From Nageia nagi (lineage: Eukaryota > Plantae > Pinophyta), in contig JBITNC010000001.1 of assembly GCA_050084985.1 (NCBI GenBank), positions 98,146,001 through 98,210,000 on the forward strand: 64,000 nucleotides of DNA. The letters are read 5' to 3'. How positions within the stretch are numbered: position 1 is the first letter of the stretch; each line of letters begins with the position of its first letter. Of this stretch, positions 62,324 to 64,000 are shown piece by piece. The position numbers were made by a program, and so were the translations under genes. The notes under the pieces are model-generated. The model made no database searches. It was not told where the DNA came from and saw only the letters and a program-made list of their open reading frames with translations.

Positions 62324-64000
62324 CAGTGTTACATAGGATACTTGTTTACCACCCTGAAAGGGTTGTATCCTTGTGTCCCCATTTCTGGACACAAGGAAAT
62401 TCCATATGAAACATTTCCCACTTTCAATTTTGTTTTCAAGCCAGATAAGTTTTCCCCTCTTTGGAAGAGGCATTCCCCCATTTTGGGAACGTGGTAACAC
62501 CATCGAGAACGTCTCCCTACCATTCCCTTTTCGAGGAACAACAAGAAGACGTTCCCAAGAATGTTCCTTGTTGGAGGGGAGTCGTTTCCGAACAGCACAC
62601 CCTCAAGGAACGGCCCAAGAACGTCCCAGCCATTCCCGAGAGCAGTCGAGGAACAGCGCAGTCGAAGAACAGCCAAGGAACGACTAGTTGTTCCTCAACC
62701 ACTCTTGGGAACGGCTAGGAGTTCCCTCCAAGAGATGGGTGCACCCTAATAACGTCCTGATCGTTCCTAGGACAGCAAGGGAACGACTAGTTGTTCCTCA
62801 ACCGCTCCTAGGAACGGTTGGGCATTCCCTCCTAGGGAGGGATGCCCAACCAAAAAAAAAACATCTGGCACTTGAATTTTAAAAAACTCAACTTAAAAAA
62901 GCATGGGATGGGTCCCACTAATGTCCCCACTTCCACAAGCCTAATTGCAAGTTAATAAAGCATTGCAAATTGAAAAACATAACCATGTTGTTTGTGTGCA
63001 GCTATGAGAAGAAAAAAACGACGAGGAAAAAGACAACAGTGAGGTGGAGCAAGACTGCCTAAGGTACTTAACTACTTCCTATTTTTCACAATTTGTATTT
63101 TTTATTTAATTATTTATTTACCTTGTTTATTAGATACCAAAAAGTGAAAAAAAAAAAAAAAAATCATTTTCCAAAATCCAGAATGAATGAAAGTGAAGGC
63201 TTTGATTCAAAAAATGAAATGGGGGAGAAAACCCAAATGTCCAACAAGAACAAACACAAAGTTTTGGAGGGGGCAATAGTACCTCCAATTTGAGCATTCA
63301 TCCTTGTTGTTGAAAACCTTTGCCAAAGGAACATATAATTCCAAGAAACTTTTACTTCAATTCGTTATAAACAAAAACCATAGGAAAAAAAATTTGGGGA
63401 GGGAGAACTAGGAAATGTCATTTTTGTTCTACTAAATTTAAGAGAAGTTATACTAAAGTTGAGTCACAATGTCACATCTCACAAATAAATTAGAGGTAGG
63501 GGTGAGAGTGTGTCAAAGTATAAATAAATTTCAGTTTGCAGAAACCAATAGGCTTGTGCAAGAGGCCACACTTGAGCATCAAGAATTCCCATATCTAGTT
63601 GACCTAGTCGAGCATCTCCTACTACCCATGCATCATCATCTTCTGTACAACCTTCTTCTTCTAGTTTGTAGAGTCCTACAATGACCCCCTCAAGAAAAAG
63701 AGGGAACATAGCTGATGCATTAAACTTACAAGCAAAAGAAATGGTTGATGATTATGTATGTAACTTTTTTTATGCACATGGGTTGCTTTTCCATCTTGCA
63801 CGCTCACCTTACTTTATGCATTTGAAAAAATAAAGGATGCAAGGCCTTCATATCTACTTCTTGGGGATACTAGACTTTGTATTAGCCTTTTGGAGAAGCA
63901 ATATGCCAAGTACTCTCTAATGATGCAAACATAGGTGAACCGTGGTTGTTCCATAGTCATGGATGGGTGATTAACATTCGTCAACATCCACTCATCAATA
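62324..64000 (+). mobile_element. hAT DNA transposon, left end plus degenerate transposase (zf-BED, DUF659), runs off the window
   Basis: TIR-like CAGTGTTAC, subterminal GGAACG/CGTTCC motif cluster at about 62480-62830, BED-like KCHFCSTKFK...H...GVRVC, and FFYAHGLLFHLARSPYF...GCSIVMDG*...RQHPLIN. Confidence 0.88.

Noticed and set aside
62234-62882. Cluster of overlapping ORFs on both strands
   Set aside because: Explained by GC-rich, stop-poor hAT subterminal repeats.

Overview
AT-rich eukaryotic nuclear DNA from a seed plant with long, transposon-filled introns. The PPR, Gag and LINE remnants resemble those of conifers, most likely Cupressaceae/Taxaceae (inference). The only intact host gene is the 3' part of VPS54 (GARP complex) on the minus strand: five coding exons at 61766-61845, 61256-61417, 48395-48462, 46951-47031 and 46700-46832, with consistent phases and a 12.8-kb intron. 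Splice signals suggest its transcript may continue as non-coding exons to about 35340. Bases 1 to about 35300 are decayed, nested transposons: LINE remnants, PLS-PPR pseudogenes, a deleted Copia-like LTR element (TSD ACATG) with a full-length L1 in one LTR, and a chromovirus-like Gypsy inserted into an older Gypsy protease. A very young gag-only LTR element (36334-41222) has LTRs about 99.6% identical, TSD GATGC, a tRNA-Arg-type PBS, an internal A19 tract and an array of TCCGGA+TGACGTCA motifs. The large intron holds a probable solo LTR with a CRISPR-like array of nine palindromic ~41-bp repeats, a second 28-bp hairpin-motif array, and RTE-type LINE and Copia fragments. A hAT transposon occupies the right end. 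No prokaryotic system is present. The best candidates for undescribed biology are the palindrome/spacer array, the gag-only element and the spliced VPS54 3' extension. All calls were made by eye; no database searches were run.
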